Shown here piece by piece: positions 29,809-39,858 of a stretch of 64,000 nucleotides of DNA. The position numbers and the translations under genes were made by a program. This DNA is from a virus: positions 79,078-143,077 of IMG/VR virus record IMGVR_UViG_3300024999_000041; one strand, 5' to 3'. A model generated the notes under the pieces. The model had not been told where the DNA came from. It saw only the letters and a list, made by a program, of their open reading frames with translations, and ran no database searches. Every line of letters begins with the position of its first letter. Positions within the stretch are counted from its first letter, which is position 1.

Positions 29809-30024
29809 TTATATTAATTTTTGTATTTTTAACAGAGGATTAAGTGCTCCTTCTATATCGGAGATTTTCTCAACAAAGAAACTTTCCCTAGGAGATACTA
29901 CTTTAGATTCTCCTTTAAGAACTATATTTATAGGGTAATCTGCTCTGGAAACGATTTTTGCTTCAAACATTTTATTATAACTCCTAATTAATACTTCAAT
30001 CCTATTTATAATATAAACTATCAA
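29809..30024 (-). CDS. Small hypothetical virion-region protein
   Basis: Likely true start MFEAK (about 29970) after AGGAG. Confidence 0.5.
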   Translation of the reverse strand: MIVYIINRIEVLIRSYNKMFEAKIVSRADYPINIVLKGESKVVSPRESFFVEKISDIEGALNPLLKIQKLI

Positions 30025-30953
30025 CCATCTATATTTATTTCCTCGTATGGTTGGTTCATAATTAAATTTCCCATATCTGGAACATTTTTTATCTTTAAAG
30101 ATATATGTTTTATTAGCTTAGAACTTGCAATTCCAGAAGGACCCCCTGAAGCATTTTCTTTTTTTATGACGGGATACTCTAAATTAAACGAATTAACTAA
30201 AAAGCATATTTCCCCTCTTGATTGGTCGTTATAGTTTTCAAATTGGTTAGATTCAATATCTTTTAAAAATATTGTAGCTGGAACTTCCATTATCGTATTT
30301 TGTTTAATCATGATTCCATCAGCTATAGCAGAATTTATAGATTCTTGAACTATTATTTCTGTGGTTCCCGCTACTATGATTGAACTTACTACGGTATAAG
30401 AACCGTTATTACCAGTAGAGTTTATAAGTAACAGAGAGTTTAGAGGTTCTAAAGTAAATTCTGCATTCAAAGTAAATTTTTTAAGTCCTTGGTCTACTCC
30501 AATTACAGTATCCAAATCCAAATAATCTGTTGGAACTTGATAAGTAGTCTGATAATGTTTGGTTCTGTCGTAAGCCATTAAAAAATATTCTTCAAACTCC
30601 ATTAAATAGGTAGGGTCGTTAGATACCCAACAAATATTAGTTTGAGCTTGCACATTCTTAACAGTATATAAATCTGCCGATAATGCTCCTACGTTTCTAT
30701 GAGATGCTTTAAATTGTCTTGGTTGTGTGGGAACAGCATTTAAAACTCCTCTATTATACATAGCAAAAATAAAAGGTTCCCCCCTATCCTCATAAACAAA
30801 TTGAGATAATCTTTTGTATACCTTGTCTTCAAAGCTAAAATTAATATTATAAAAATAATGCTTGTTCCCTATATCTGGAAACTCTAAAAAATTAAAGCCA
30901 GAATTAACTTTCATATCTATAAAGAATCTTTGTACTGCAAACTGATAAAACAT
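30021..30953 (-). CDS. Putative tail completion/terminator protein with inserted beta-module
   Basis: Synteny upstream of sheath; carries the sheath-type module GVDQGLKKFTL...STGNNGSYTVVS. Confidence 0.55.
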   Translation of the reverse strand: MFYQFAVQRFFIDMKVNSGFNFLEFPDIGNKHYFYNINFSFEDKVYKRLSQFVYEDRGEPFIFAMYNRGVLNAVPTQPRQFKASHRNVGALSADLYTVKNVQAQTNICWVSNDPTYLMEFEEYFLMAYDRTKHYQTTYQVPTDYLDLDTVIGVDQGLKKFTLNAEFTLEPLNSLLLINSTGNNGSYTVVSSIIVAGTTEIIVQESINSAIADGIMIKQNTIMEVPATIFLKDIESNQFENYNDQSRGEICFLVNSFNLEYPVIKKENASGGPSGIASSKLIKHISLKIKNVPDMGNLIMNQPYEEINIDG

Positions 30954-30963
30954 ATTCTTTCCT

Positions 30964-31425
30964 TTAAGTAAGTGGACGTAAGTATTGTTTAATCATAATA
31001 GTGCTGTGGTCTCCAGTAACAACTCCATTAGCATCTGTAGCTAAGGCACCAGTAACCACTTTATCTATTTCTGTTTGGAAAGACATCTTAGCCCCTCCTA
31101 AGAAAGCATCTATCCTAGCTCTTGGGGGTATCCTTTTCTGTTCATGAGTTATTATGTAAGGTCTTTCGTCTCCAAAGAAGCTTTCAAACTGAGTTAAATT
31201 TCCTCTCATAGCATCTGGTTTTATAAAATTAACTATAAGGATTTTTCTATTCGTTTCATCTGGAATAGCCTTATATCTTACTTTTCCAAAATCATCAAAC
31301 ATATCATCCAACTTATCTGGTAAGTATACACTACAAGGGAGTCCAAACAAATCTTCGTATATGTCTAAAATATCTGGTGTTAAATCCGTAAAAATCTGCA
31401 ATAAATCTGTAAGAATTGACGACAT
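30964..31425 (-). CDS. Putative head-tail joining (neck) protein
   Basis: Synteny; D..EDLFG.PC.VY.P pattern reminiscent of head-closure proteins. Confidence 0.45.
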   Translation of the reverse strand: MSSILTDLLQIFTDLTPDILDIYEDLFGLPCSVYLPDKLDDMFDDFGKVRYKAIPDETNRKILIVNFIKPDAMRGNLTQFESFFGDERPYIITHEQKRIPPRARIDAFLGGAKMSFQTEIDKVVTGALATDANGVVTGDHSTIMIKQYLRPLT

Positions 31426-31509
31426 CTAATAATCCTCTCAATCTAAATATAATATAAAACAAAAATGGGACAGACCTCTCGGTTGTCCCTTAGTAATTAT
31501 AATATAAAA

Positions 31510-32088
31510 TTATCTTTCGTTTATGAGATTATCTAAATGTTTACTAAAATAGAAGAGAACTTCTCTTTTATCAGACTCTGTAGCGTGGTGGTATTTCTGT
31601 ATCTCTTTCCATACCTCTTCTTTGCTCAAATCCTTCCATCTATTTTTTATGTTGTTCTCTATCCGTTCTATAGTTCCAGTATAACCTGTTTTATGATTTC
31701 CTCCTCCAAAGTCTCCTACCCCTTCATGTTTCTTTTTCTTTTTAGTCGATTTCATTTTCTTAGAGGCACCAGCACCCGATAAGTTATAATTCTGACCTCT
31801 GGCATCTACTACGCTCAAAGGAAGTTTAGGAAGTGCTCCTAAGTCAGCTACCGTTCCGTCCTCTTGTATTTTTGCTCTTCCTACATTTATAGCTTGTATT
31901 AAATGTTCTTTTACCTGTTTAGCTCTTTCTACTACATCGTCGGATGCTCCGTAGGACATTCCTTCGTCTTTTATTATGCTGTCTAAGGTCTCGAGAGAAT
32001 TGTGTATATCGTCAAGAGTACTTTGTAGAGTATCTTCATATATATCATAGTTTTCGTTTATTACTTTTTTTATTCTCTTGAAAGACAT
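31510..32088 (-). CDS. Hypothetical protein, probable internal head protein
   Basis: Leader MSFKRIKKVINE. Confidence 0.55.
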   Translation of the reverse strand: MSFKRIKKVINENYDIYEDTLQSTLDDIHNSLETLDSIIKDEGMSYGASDDVVERAKQVKEHLIQAINVGRAKIQEDGTVADLGALPKLPLSVVDARGQNYNLSGAGASKKMKSTKKKKKHEGVGDFGGGNHKTGYTGTIERIENNIKNRWKDLSKEEVWKEIQKYHHATESDKREVLFYFSKHLDNLINER

Positions 32089-32093
32089 TTTTA

Positions 32094-32327
32094 TTACCAT
32101 CCATCTTCTTCGTTATCGTAATCATCGTAACTGTCTTCTTCTGACTGTTCAAAATGGATACATCCAAAGTTCATACCAACCATGTGGTTTCCTTCTTCTA
32201 CATACACTCCAGCACCATCTATGTTTAGTTCATTATGTTCATTGACATCTTCGCTAGTACATTCACCCATCAGTCTGGAAGATTCATTCTCTTTATAAAA
32301 TTTACACTCGTGGCAATACCCAGTCAT
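32094..32327 (-). CDS. Small Cys-containing acidic protein
   Basis: CHECKFY...C...FGCIHF. Confidence 0.55.
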   Translation of the reverse strand: MTGYCHECKFYKENESSRLMGECTSEDVNEHNELNIDGAGVYVEEGNHMVGMNFGCIHFEQSEEDSYDDYDNEEDGW

Positions 32328-33472
32328 TATTCTTCCTCGTCTCCAGATAATTCTTTGTGTAGTTGTACATAGTGGTCATAGTTATCTAAATCTGCTTTAG
32401 ACACTGAGCCAACACCCATACGTCTTCCTTCTTTTTGAGCTTGCATAGCTTTAACCTTAGCTATAAATTTAGCTTTCTCTATCTGTTCTGGAGTTCCTGC
32501 TCCGACAGCACCTCCAGTTCCACCCTGAACATCTATCGCATGGAGTTTAGGAATGTTATTTTTTATATTATCCATAAAGCCTTCACTTTTTTCTGGACGG
32601 AATTTAACTTTAAGTTTATCCATGAGAGCATCAGCTTTATTACCAATCTCTGGGTCTTCCGATTTATGCCAAACTTTAATATTGTTTAAAGCTCTTATTA
32701 CCTTGGCATACCCTTTTTTATCTACTAAGTCAACATAATGTTTAAAAGGAACTTGCCAGAAGTTTTTATCCTCTGGTATCTCTAATAAATCACTATGTTT
32801 AACTTTAATCTTGACTTTGGCTTTTTCGTCGAGTTTTAGAGAATCAATCAATTGATTAATTCGTCCGAAATTTTTACTCTCCATCTTATTTTCCCCATTA
32901 TCTTTATTATCAATTCTATCCATTTTATCTTTAGGAGATTCTTCTTCTCCCCCTTTATCTTCCGTAGATAATTGATTCCATTTTTTATTTACATATTCAT
33001 CGTCAAAAAAAGGTATTACAAACTTCACTCCCTTATAAGAAGAATAATTTTCTTCTGCTTTGTCTCTAAAAACAAAAGTTCTTCTTACTTGAGTACTGTT
33101 ATAATTTCCATCATCGTCTACTTCCATATAATGAAATATCATATTGTCATCAACACCATTTCCATATATAAAAGAAAGTTGTCCGAATTCCTTAGCTAAC
33201 TCTTCTAATTCATCTAAAGATAATCCAGTAACTAAATAAGAATTTTCCAAAACTCCTTCAAAATTTCCTTGAAGGGGAAATACCCTCGTATTGGGATGAG
33301 TTTTAAATTTCTTTAAAAGAGTATAATTTCTTTTATTATTAACAGAGTCGGGTAATCTTTTACCCATACTATTTTCAGCAGTAATAATACCAATACTTAA
33401 ATTCTTTCCAGACTTTCCTCTTAGTACTTTTTCCACATCTGAAAAAATAGTTCTTTGCTCTGAGGTTAGCAT
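32327..33472 (-). CDS. Hypothetical protein with DUF3293-like N-terminal domain
   Basis: IITAENSMG...N...N..L...G.F....ENSYLV...LA.EFGQ.S. Confidence 0.55.
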   Translation of the reverse strand: MLTSEQRTIFSDVEKVLRGKSGKNLSIGIITAENSMGKRLPDSVNNKRNYTLLKKFKTHPNTRVFPLQGNFEGVLENSYLVTGLSLDELEELAKEFGQLSFIYGNGVDDNMIFHYMEVDDDGNYNSTQVRRTFVFRDKAEENYSSYKGVKFVIPFFDDEYVNKKWNQLSTEDKGGEEESPKDKMDRIDNKDNGENKMESKNFGRINQLIDSLKLDEKAKVKIKVKHSDLLEIPEDKNFWQVPFKHYVDLVDKKGYAKVIRALNNIKVWHKSEDPEIGNKADALMDKLKVKFRPEKSEGFMDNIKNNIPKLHAIDVQGGTGGAVGAGTPEQIEKAKFIAKVKAMQAQKEGRRMGVGSVSKADLDNYDHYVQLHKELSGDEEE

Positions 33473-33514
33473 TTTTAATCTCCGAATTTAGTTTTCCTAA
33501 ATATAATATAAATA

Positions 33515-33733
33515 TTACAACCTTGTTTTTCTAAACTCAAACTTTTTATCGTTTATTAATCCATATAATATAATAGACTCTTTATCACAATCACAAGAAG
33601 TTTCCTTACTTCCTAGTTCCAAAGTATTAGATACTAGTTTAATATTTCCACAAGAATGACATTCTAAGATAGAATAAGTATTCATGGTTAAACTCCTAAT
33701 TCGTTCCATACTTGTAATATAGTGCCATAACAA
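33515..33733 (-). CDS. Small Zn-ribbon-like protein
   Basis: CHSCG and CDC; true start probably MNTYS. Confidence 0.5.
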   Translation of the reverse strand: MLWHYITSMERIRSLTMNTYSILECHSCGNIKLVSNTLELGSKETSCDCDKESIILYGLINDKKFEFRKTRL

Positions 33734-33897
33734 GAATATTCTTTTCCTATCTTATTTCCATCCTTAGTCAAATTCATCACATCTACTAAAATAGAAAAAG
33801 GTAACTGTTTTATCTGAACTTTATAAGAAAGTTGTTTTAACAATTTAACTTTATCTTTTTTATTTAAACTTATTGACCCGTCTTTCAATATTCTCAT
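33688..33897 (-). CDS. Hypothetical protein
   Basis: Strong AAGGAG RBS upstream. Confidence 0.55.
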   Translation of the reverse strand: MRILKDGSISLNKKDKVKLLKQLSYKVQIKQLPFSILVDVMNLTKDGNKIGKEYSCYGTILQVWNELGV

Positions 33898-33991
33898 AGT
33901 ATCTCCTTTAACAATATAATTTTATAATAACAAAAAGAAGACTATATTTCAAGTCTTCTTCTATAAGTTTGTTACAATACTTATTATTGAT

Positions 33992-34201
33992 TTATTCTTC
34001 TTCCCCCCTAAACGTGGGACAAACCTCCCAAGACATATCTTCAACACCACAGGTAATTTTAGTTTTACTACAAGTTCCATTAACTTGTTTTTGAGGACAA
34101 GTTAATATAGTTCCCAAACTAAAACCGCAGGAACCACAGGTGTCCTCTTTTATATCTATCTCACCGCAACTGGGACAGAAAGCTCTCGTATCTTCTGACA
34201 T
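33992..34201 (-). CDS. Small Cys-rich zinc-ribbon protein
   Basis: CPSCG, CGSCG and four further Cys; GGGGAGG RBS. Confidence 0.65.
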   Translation of the reverse strand: MSEDTRAFCPSCGEIDIKEDTCGSCGFSLGTILTCPQKQVNGTCSKTKITCGVEDMSWEVCPTFRGEEE

Positions 34202-34227
34202 GTTATCCTCCCCTTAAACTTTATATA

Positions 34228-34872
34228 CTATAAAGATAATCCATTATTCTGTAACATGGCTGCAAACTGAGCTAGGTGCTTACAAAGACCTTGATATTTT
34301 CTAACATCTGGATTTCTGGGGGCATGAGTTTTTGTTTTCCTGACATAAGGTTTAAATCTTCCTCCAAATTGAATACCAGCAAGCATATTAGACCAAGACC
34401 ATGTGAAGTAATAATCGCTACAGGAGCAACGCACCAATACAGATTGTCTTTTCATATCAAACTTCTTTATCCAATAAAACTTATTTTGATACTGTATCCT
34501 AAAATGTGTATTGGGGTCATAGGTAGGATTAACATTAGTATTAACTATAGGTTTTCTTACAGGTATCTGAGGTTTCTCTGAATCTATTATAGTAGGTTCT
34601 TGAGTTTCTTCTTCTGCCTGTACTGTTTCCGCTACCTCTTCTATTATTTCACAATTCATAAATAATATATTGGATAAGTGAACTGAGTTTTCAGTCAATC
34701 CCCAGAAAGAAGCGGATATAAGAACCGTCTTAGTTCCTAAAAAAGGAACTATCTGGTTTATTTGTCTCTTAGGAGATTGAGAATAATTTCTTCTCCAAAC
34801 CGCTGGTTGCCCTTTAGCATTGGGTATTTGTGTAGCCTTTATCCATATTTGTTCTAGCGTTAATCTAGCCAT
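34228..34872 (-). CDS. SWIM-type zinc-finger protein
   Basis: VRCSCSDY...RNP....GLCKHL. Confidence 0.7.
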   Translation of the reverse strand: MARLTLEQIWIKATQIPNAKGQPAVWRRNYSQSPKRQINQIVPFLGTKTVLISASFWGLTENSVHLSNILFMNCEIIEEVAETVQAEEETQEPTIIDSEKPQIPVRKPIVNTNVNPTYDPNTHFRIQYQNKFYWIKKFDMKRQSVLVRCSCSDYYFTWSWSNMLAGIQFGGRFKPYVRKTKTHAPRNPDVRKYQGLCKHLAQFAAMLQNNGLSL

Positions 34873-34926
34873 TTAATTTTCCCCGACAACTTATTACTAA
34901 TATTATATCATAAATTAATTAAAATA

Positions 34927-35214
34927 TCAATAGTCTTCCCTATTGCGTATTAAGTTTATTATATCTACATTATTATTCAGTAAGTCTTTTTTATCTATTG
35001 ATATAGAATTAATCTTATCTCCTCCCTTAAATACATCCAATAAAAATTTATTAGGATATTCTTTAACAGTCTTTATGTCGTAACCTTTTTCTCTAGCTAA
35101 TTTAATTACATTATCCAATTCATAGTTAGGTGTGGGTTTGGAATAAGTATCCAATATACCCACTTCTTCTGGACTTAAAACTCCTTCTACTAATTTTAAT
35201 ATCCTTTTCATCAT
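34927..35214 (-). CDS. Hypothetical protein, probable internal head protein
   Basis: Leader MMKRILKLVEG. Confidence 0.5.
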   Translation of the reverse strand: MMKRILKLVEGVLSPEEVGILDTYSKPTPNYELDNVIKLAREKGYDIKTVKEYPNKFLLDVFKGGDKINSISIDKKDLLNNNVDIINLIRNREDY

Positions 35215-35792
35215 GATTTTAATTCCCATAATTCATTTAAATATTCTACTACAAAACTAGCCTCATCTTCCGTATCCATGTTTTCCAACCATGCTACGGG
35301 TATTGGAAATACTCTGGGATTTCTTTTAGTATCTAATATAGGTTTTCTATTAGACAATATAAATAACTGAGCTAAATAAAAACTAGGGCTTCTAAGTTTA
35401 CCCGTAACTTGAACTAAGTACCCTTTTTTATTAAAGGCTGGTAATAGTAACTTATTCACCTTATCCACTACTTCATAAGTAATAGGTAATTTAGGTAATT
35501 CTCTATAATATAATTTATTACCATAGTACCAATTTCTTATTTCATTTCTATCTTTTTCATGTATCTTTTCTATAAAAGTTTTAGAGATAGTTTTTCCTAT
35601 CATATCTGAAAAAGCGTTTACTAGAGGCAGGGGGACTGCTCTTAAAAATCCAGTAGCTAATCCTCCCAAAACATCAGCTAATTCGTTTCCTACCGTGGAT
35701 AAAACACTTTTTCCTACTCCCTTCAATAAGGACAAAGCAGGATTTTCTTCATTTATTTTATTACTCAATTCTATTATTTTATTAAACTTCAT
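35211..35792 (-). CDS. Hypothetical protein, probable internal head protein
   Basis: Probable start MKFNKIIELSNKINEE; amphipathic Gly-rich helix follows. Confidence 0.55.
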   Translation of the reverse strand: MKFNKIIELSNKINEENPALSLLKGVGKSVLSTVGNELADVLGGLATGFLRAVPLPLVNAFSDMIGKTISKTFIEKIHEKDRNEIRNWYYGNKLYYRELPKLPITYEVVDKVNKLLLPAFNKKGYLVQVTGKLRSPSFYLAQLFILSNRKPILDTKRNPRVFPIPVAWLENMDTEDEASFVVEYLNELWELKS

Positions 35793-37863
35793 TATTACTA
35801 ACCTTATTTTCATTAATAAGTTTATTAAAAATATCAAACAGGGGAACTTTCTTGTCCCCCAACTCAAAAACTCTAGTCCTGAAGTACTCTCCTAGAGTCA
35901 TTTCTTTCTGACCATCATTTATTATAGTATCCTCGTTAAACATCCTCTCAAGTAATCTTCTGAATTGTTCTATCTGAGGCTCATTAAAAGATACTCTATC
36001 TTGGAGATACTTATCATAATGGTATTTATCATCACTAGACGTTTTTATGCCATTCAAAGTTTCAGTGAATAATTGATTACTGTAAGGTTTCTCCTCTGTA
36101 GCAAAGTGAATTCTTGTAAATAATAAATAAAGTAGGAACAAGGTAGACTTATCGCTAGTGGGTGTAAAAGAAAATCCATAATGTATACATAACTCAATAA
36201 TAGATTTTAACTGTGTCTCAAACCACTGTACTAATTTATTAATACTAGCTTCACTTCTAGCCACTTCTTCTTTACTTAAATAAGATTGTTGATTTTCTGG
36301 TTTGAAATCTGGATTATCTGGGGAAGTATCCCAATCACTAGCTATCTGTCTAGCTATTTCCTCAAAAGTAGTATCTTTAGAAAAAGTGATAGTTAGAAAT
36401 TTCTTTTCGGCATATATCATAATCTTAGGTCTGTGATAATCTGACCATTTGTTTTCCTTATGTGTTTTTTCTCCCCAAGATTTATTTTTATAATAATCGT
36501 CATCTACATCAAATTTTATCGCTATTCTCCTGCCTTTATTAGTCCAGTACACACTATAGCCGTTTTGATTAGTTCTTAAAGCTTCTTGAGATAACAATTT
36601 ATCCCCATCTATCATAGCAAGTATCATAGATGCTAATTTTCTGGATAACCTTTCTTCGTCTTGAGAAGACATACTGCCAGCTATATAGTCCTCTTTTCCT
36701 CCCCTTAACTCATAGATATCTACAATTTTAAAAGAATCTCTAGTTAAAAATATGGTTTGTTGAGGTTCCCTAGGATTAATAACAGCACCTTTTTGATTCT
36801 TAGCATTATCTATTATACAATCAAAACCTGCTTTCAGAAATAAACCTGTCTGCTCTTTTCCAGAACGCATCTCCAATTTTACTTTCTCATCACTACTCCA
36901 AAAAGGTTTCTTTCCCGATAATTCATTTACATTTTTTATCTGAACTACGGACATAAAAGCTTTTCTCATAGCATTAGACCCTGTATATCCAAAATACTTC
37001 TTAGCTCTTTTCAAAAGGTCTTCGATTTGAGAAGGCTTAAACCCCATGTTATTTAAAATTATCTCTATTTGCCTATCAGTCATCTCTGTTATATACAGGG
37101 GATTCTTAGAATTATCTTGAATAACCCTAAGATATTTAGCGTTTCTTCCATACCATATATCAGCAGGGTAATCTATAACATACTTTAAAGGATACCCATA
37201 TATGCCTACGGGGTCTGTGTGGTTAGGATTGTCGTAGGGATTCTTATCTATAGTGTTATCATTAAAATTTGAAAAATTAACATATACTCCATAATCGTCT
37301 TTCTTCTTAGTATAGTCTTTTCTGAATTTAATAAAATCTTTGGGATATAAATCAGTCCAAGATATTTCATTAATAATATCTTTTATATCTTTTAAAGATT
37401 TATTTTCATTTTTAGGAAAGCTATTGAATAAATTTATGGTAGATAAATCCAAAACAACTACTTCCATTATATGACTATCTTCATCCTTAGTTATAACAGA
37501 AGTATAACCTTCTCTCATAATTCTTTTAGCTAATATTTTCCCATTAGTAGTCTTGTACTTACCATGAAGATAATCTTTCCAAAACTTACCATCAGTATAG
37601 AATCCTAATTCTAACGGGTTAGCTTTAGAGTTAAATTTAGCATATATAGTAGCAGTTTTACCTAAACCTTTCCATGACAAGGTTTCTTCGTCGTAGGGTT
37701 CATTGGTAACAGAAAAACTAATACCGTATAAATCTTTCTTATAGTCCATACCCCAAACTTTGGAAGTTTCTCCAAACTTATTTAAATTAAAGCCACTTCC
37801 TAATATGTTAATCTTTGCTTCCTTGGTAGTGTTATGTGCTAATATCAATTTAGAATAATTCAT
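35782..37863 (-). CDS. Large multidomain protein with ADP-ribosyltransferase-like N-terminal domain(s)
   Basis: LAHNT...ILGSGF...YGISFS...EVVVLD; second unit PVGIYGYP...GFDCIID...EPQQTIFL. Confidence 0.5.
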   Translation of the reverse strand: MNYSKLILAHNTTKEAKINILGSGFNLNKFGETSKVWGMDYKKDLYGISFSVTNEPYDEETLSWKGLGKTATIYAKFNSKANPLELGFYTDGKFWKDYLHGKYKTTNGKILAKRIMREGYTSVITKDEDSHIMEVVVLDLSTINLFNSFPKNENKSLKDIKDIINEISWTDLYPKDFIKFRKDYTKKKDDYGVYVNFSNFNDNTIDKNPYDNPNHTDPVGIYGYPLKYVIDYPADIWYGRNAKYLRVIQDNSKNPLYITEMTDRQIEIILNNMGFKPSQIEDLLKRAKKYFGYTGSNAMRKAFMSVVQIKNVNELSGKKPFWSSDEKVKLEMRSGKEQTGLFLKAGFDCIIDNAKNQKGAVINPREPQQTIFLTRDSFKIVDIYELRGGKEDYIAGSMSSQDEERLSRKLASMILAMIDGDKLLSQEALRTNQNGYSVYWTNKGRRIAIKFDVDDDYYKNKSWGEKTHKENKWSDYHRPKIMIYAEKKFLTITFSKDTTFEEIARQIASDWDTSPDNPDFKPENQQSYLSKEEVARSEASINKLVQWFETQLKSIIELCIHYGFSFTPTSDKSTLFLLYLLFTRIHFATEEKPYSNQLFTETLNGIKTSSDDKYHYDKYLQDRVSFNEPQIEQFRRLLERMFNEDTIINDGQKEMTLGEYFRTRVFELGDKKVPLFDIFNKLINENKVSNNEV

Positions 37864-38480
37864 TATTCTATAACCTCATAGGTTACATTGTTATCATTTA
37901 GATATTTTATAAAAGCATCATAAAATTGATTAGCTATTAAAATATTGGGAGAATCTAGTTCTCCATTCTCTATATTCAAATTAAGCTCATCTCTTAAGTC
38001 TCTTCTTTCAGACCTAAGCATGCCCCCTACTCTCATCTCTTGTAGAAATTTATCTCTATATATTATAATCTTTGTTACATAATCTAAAAAATTAGGTATT
38101 TCTATACCCTCTATAGCATAAATACCTTTACCTACTACTCTTTCCTCTGCTTCTACACGTTCTGGGTTACTTTTATCTGCATAGTTATAGTAATTAAAAG
38201 GTTCTATTTTATACTTATTAGATAATTTATCCCCATCCACTATAAAAACTATAGCTGTACCAGATATACTTCCCCTAGGTACTTTGTTAAAATTTTTATC
38301 CCTAGTAAAAGATATGTACCCATAACCACCATAACCGCTATCTGGTTGTCTCCTACTAGATTTAAGAGAATTCTCTTTAAGAATATGTATAAATTTATCA
38401 GCATTAGTAAAATGATAAAGAGTTCCTACCTGTTTACCTTCTAACATCTCTATCAAATTTTTAATCTTTTTAATGGACAT
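37863..38480 (-). CDS. ADP-ribosyltransferase-fold protein
   Basis: LYHFT....IL....LKSS, YISFTR, EAEE (ExE) motif. Confidence 0.6.
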   Translation of the reverse strand: MSIKKIKNLIEMLEGKQVGTLYHFTNADKFIHILKENSLKSSRRQPDSGYGGYGYISFTRDKNFNKVPRGSISGTAIVFIVDGDKLSNKYKIEPFNYYNYADKSNPERVEAEERVVGKGIYAIEGIEIPNFLDYVTKIIIYRDKFLQEMRVGGMLRSERRDLRDELNLNIENGELDSPNILIANQFYDAFIKYLNDNNVTYEVIE

Positions 38481-38487
38481 AATACAC

Positions 38488-38919
38488 CTAATATACTAAC
38501 TTACTCATAGGAACCCCGTGAACTAACTTTTGTCTTAGTAAGTTATCATGAAAGTCTTTATCCAGAACATTCATTATTTTGCTACTCTCCACTTCTGGAT
38601 ATACTCTCTCTGGTGTTTTAACCTTAAAAAATTCAATATAATCAGGATTATAGTAAACACCCTTTACTTTATAGTTCTTCTTTAATTGATTAGCTACTTC
38701 ATCATGTTCTGCATCATCAAAAGCCCATACGTAAAAGTCTCCGTTAAGAGCTATAAAAAATCTAACAGGAGTTTTACCTCCTCTAGTCATTTTTAATATC
38801 TCCCCTTTACTGGGATTAACAAAAACATCTATGAGGGCATCTTTTTTCCAACTGGTTTTTACAGAACCCGCCCACTCTTCTTTAACATTATTACATAGTT
38901 TTAATATTTTGTCAAACAT
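38488..38919 (-). CDS. Hypothetical protein, probable internal head protein
   Basis: Leader MFDKILKLCNNVKEE; VFVNP...VRF......YVW.....H. Confidence 0.55.
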   Translation of the reverse strand: MFDKILKLCNNVKEEWAGSVKTSWKKDALIDVFVNPSKGEILKMTRGGKTPVRFFIALNGDFYVWAFDDAEHDEVANQLKKNYKVKGVYYNPDYIEFFKVKTPERVYPEVESSKIMNVLDKDFHDNLLRQKLVHGVPMSKLVY

Positions 38920-38925
38920 GTCGAA

Positions 38926-39798
38926 TCAATACCCGAACTCGTACCACTTATCATTGTTATTAAGCATCGTTTGTAACTGGTCTTCTAATACTCTAGCACG
39001 GTCTAGCATGGTATCCGCTTGCAGAGAGAAAGGAAGTCCCGCAGAAGGGTCTAATGTTGCTTGATATTTCAAGCTACCGAATGACCTTAGTACAGCTACA
39101 GTGAAAGCTAACATAAAGGGTCTATTACTTATATCAAAGTCTCTTATAGCTTTTCTTTTATTGTACATAGTAACAGTTATATTACCCGCACTTGTATCAG
39201 TAAGGGTCATATTTACTTTCAAAGTACTCAAATCTATAGTTCCAGAGCCTAAAGTACCTCCTAGTGTAACAATATTACCTACACGTGATACTTCCGTAGC
39301 TATATGTTTAACATTAAGAACATCCGTTTTAGATATTTCTAAGCTACCTTGTTTATAATTACATCTTAAAAAGAAATCTATAACAGATTCCCCGTCAATG
39401 GTATATGTGGGAGTATCACTTATCTGAAAATTACCTATTACATACTCTCTAAGATATACTACGTTAAAAGTAGATGAAAAAATAGACTTTAATATCCTAG
39501 TATGAGGGTCAAACCACCACAAATTACGTGCTATGGGAGCACTATTTCTGTCAAGATTTGGGTATAGTGGATATTTTAAAGCTAAAACAGATAAAGCATT
39601 AGGAATGCTAACACCATTTTGATTTACATTCACATTTAAAATATCTCTAACAGGTCTCTTGTTCTGCAATTGTTTAGCAGTGTATACAAATAGTTGTTCT
39701 AAATTATCATCATCAAGTCTTAAAGCTTGTAAAGGTATAAGAAGTTGACCTTCACTTATCTTAACTTGCTTTATAGCTTCTTCAAAAGTCAAAACCAT
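38926..39798 (-). CDS. Neck/head completion protein (gp13-like) with inserted domain
   Basis: C-terminal G.LK.......G....AD.ML..A..LE.QL pattern; downstream of capsid gene. Confidence 0.55.
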   Translation of the reverse strand: MVLTFEEAIKQVKISEGQLLIPLQALRLDDDNLEQLFVYTAKQLQNKRPVRDILNVNVNQNGVSIPNALSVLALKYPLYPNLDRNSAPIARNLWWFDPHTRILKSIFSSTFNVVYLREYVIGNFQISDTPTYTIDGESVIDFFLRCNYKQGSLEISKTDVLNVKHIATEVSRVGNIVTLGGTLGSGTIDLSTLKVNMTLTDTSAGNITVTMYNKRKAIRDFDISNRPFMLAFTVAVLRSFGSLKYQATLDPSAGLPFSLQADTMLDRARVLEDQLQTMLNNNDKWYEFGY

Positions 39799-39858
39799 AT
39801 AAATACTCCAAAGATAGTTTTATCCTACTTAAAATATAAACTATCTTTGTTAAAAATA

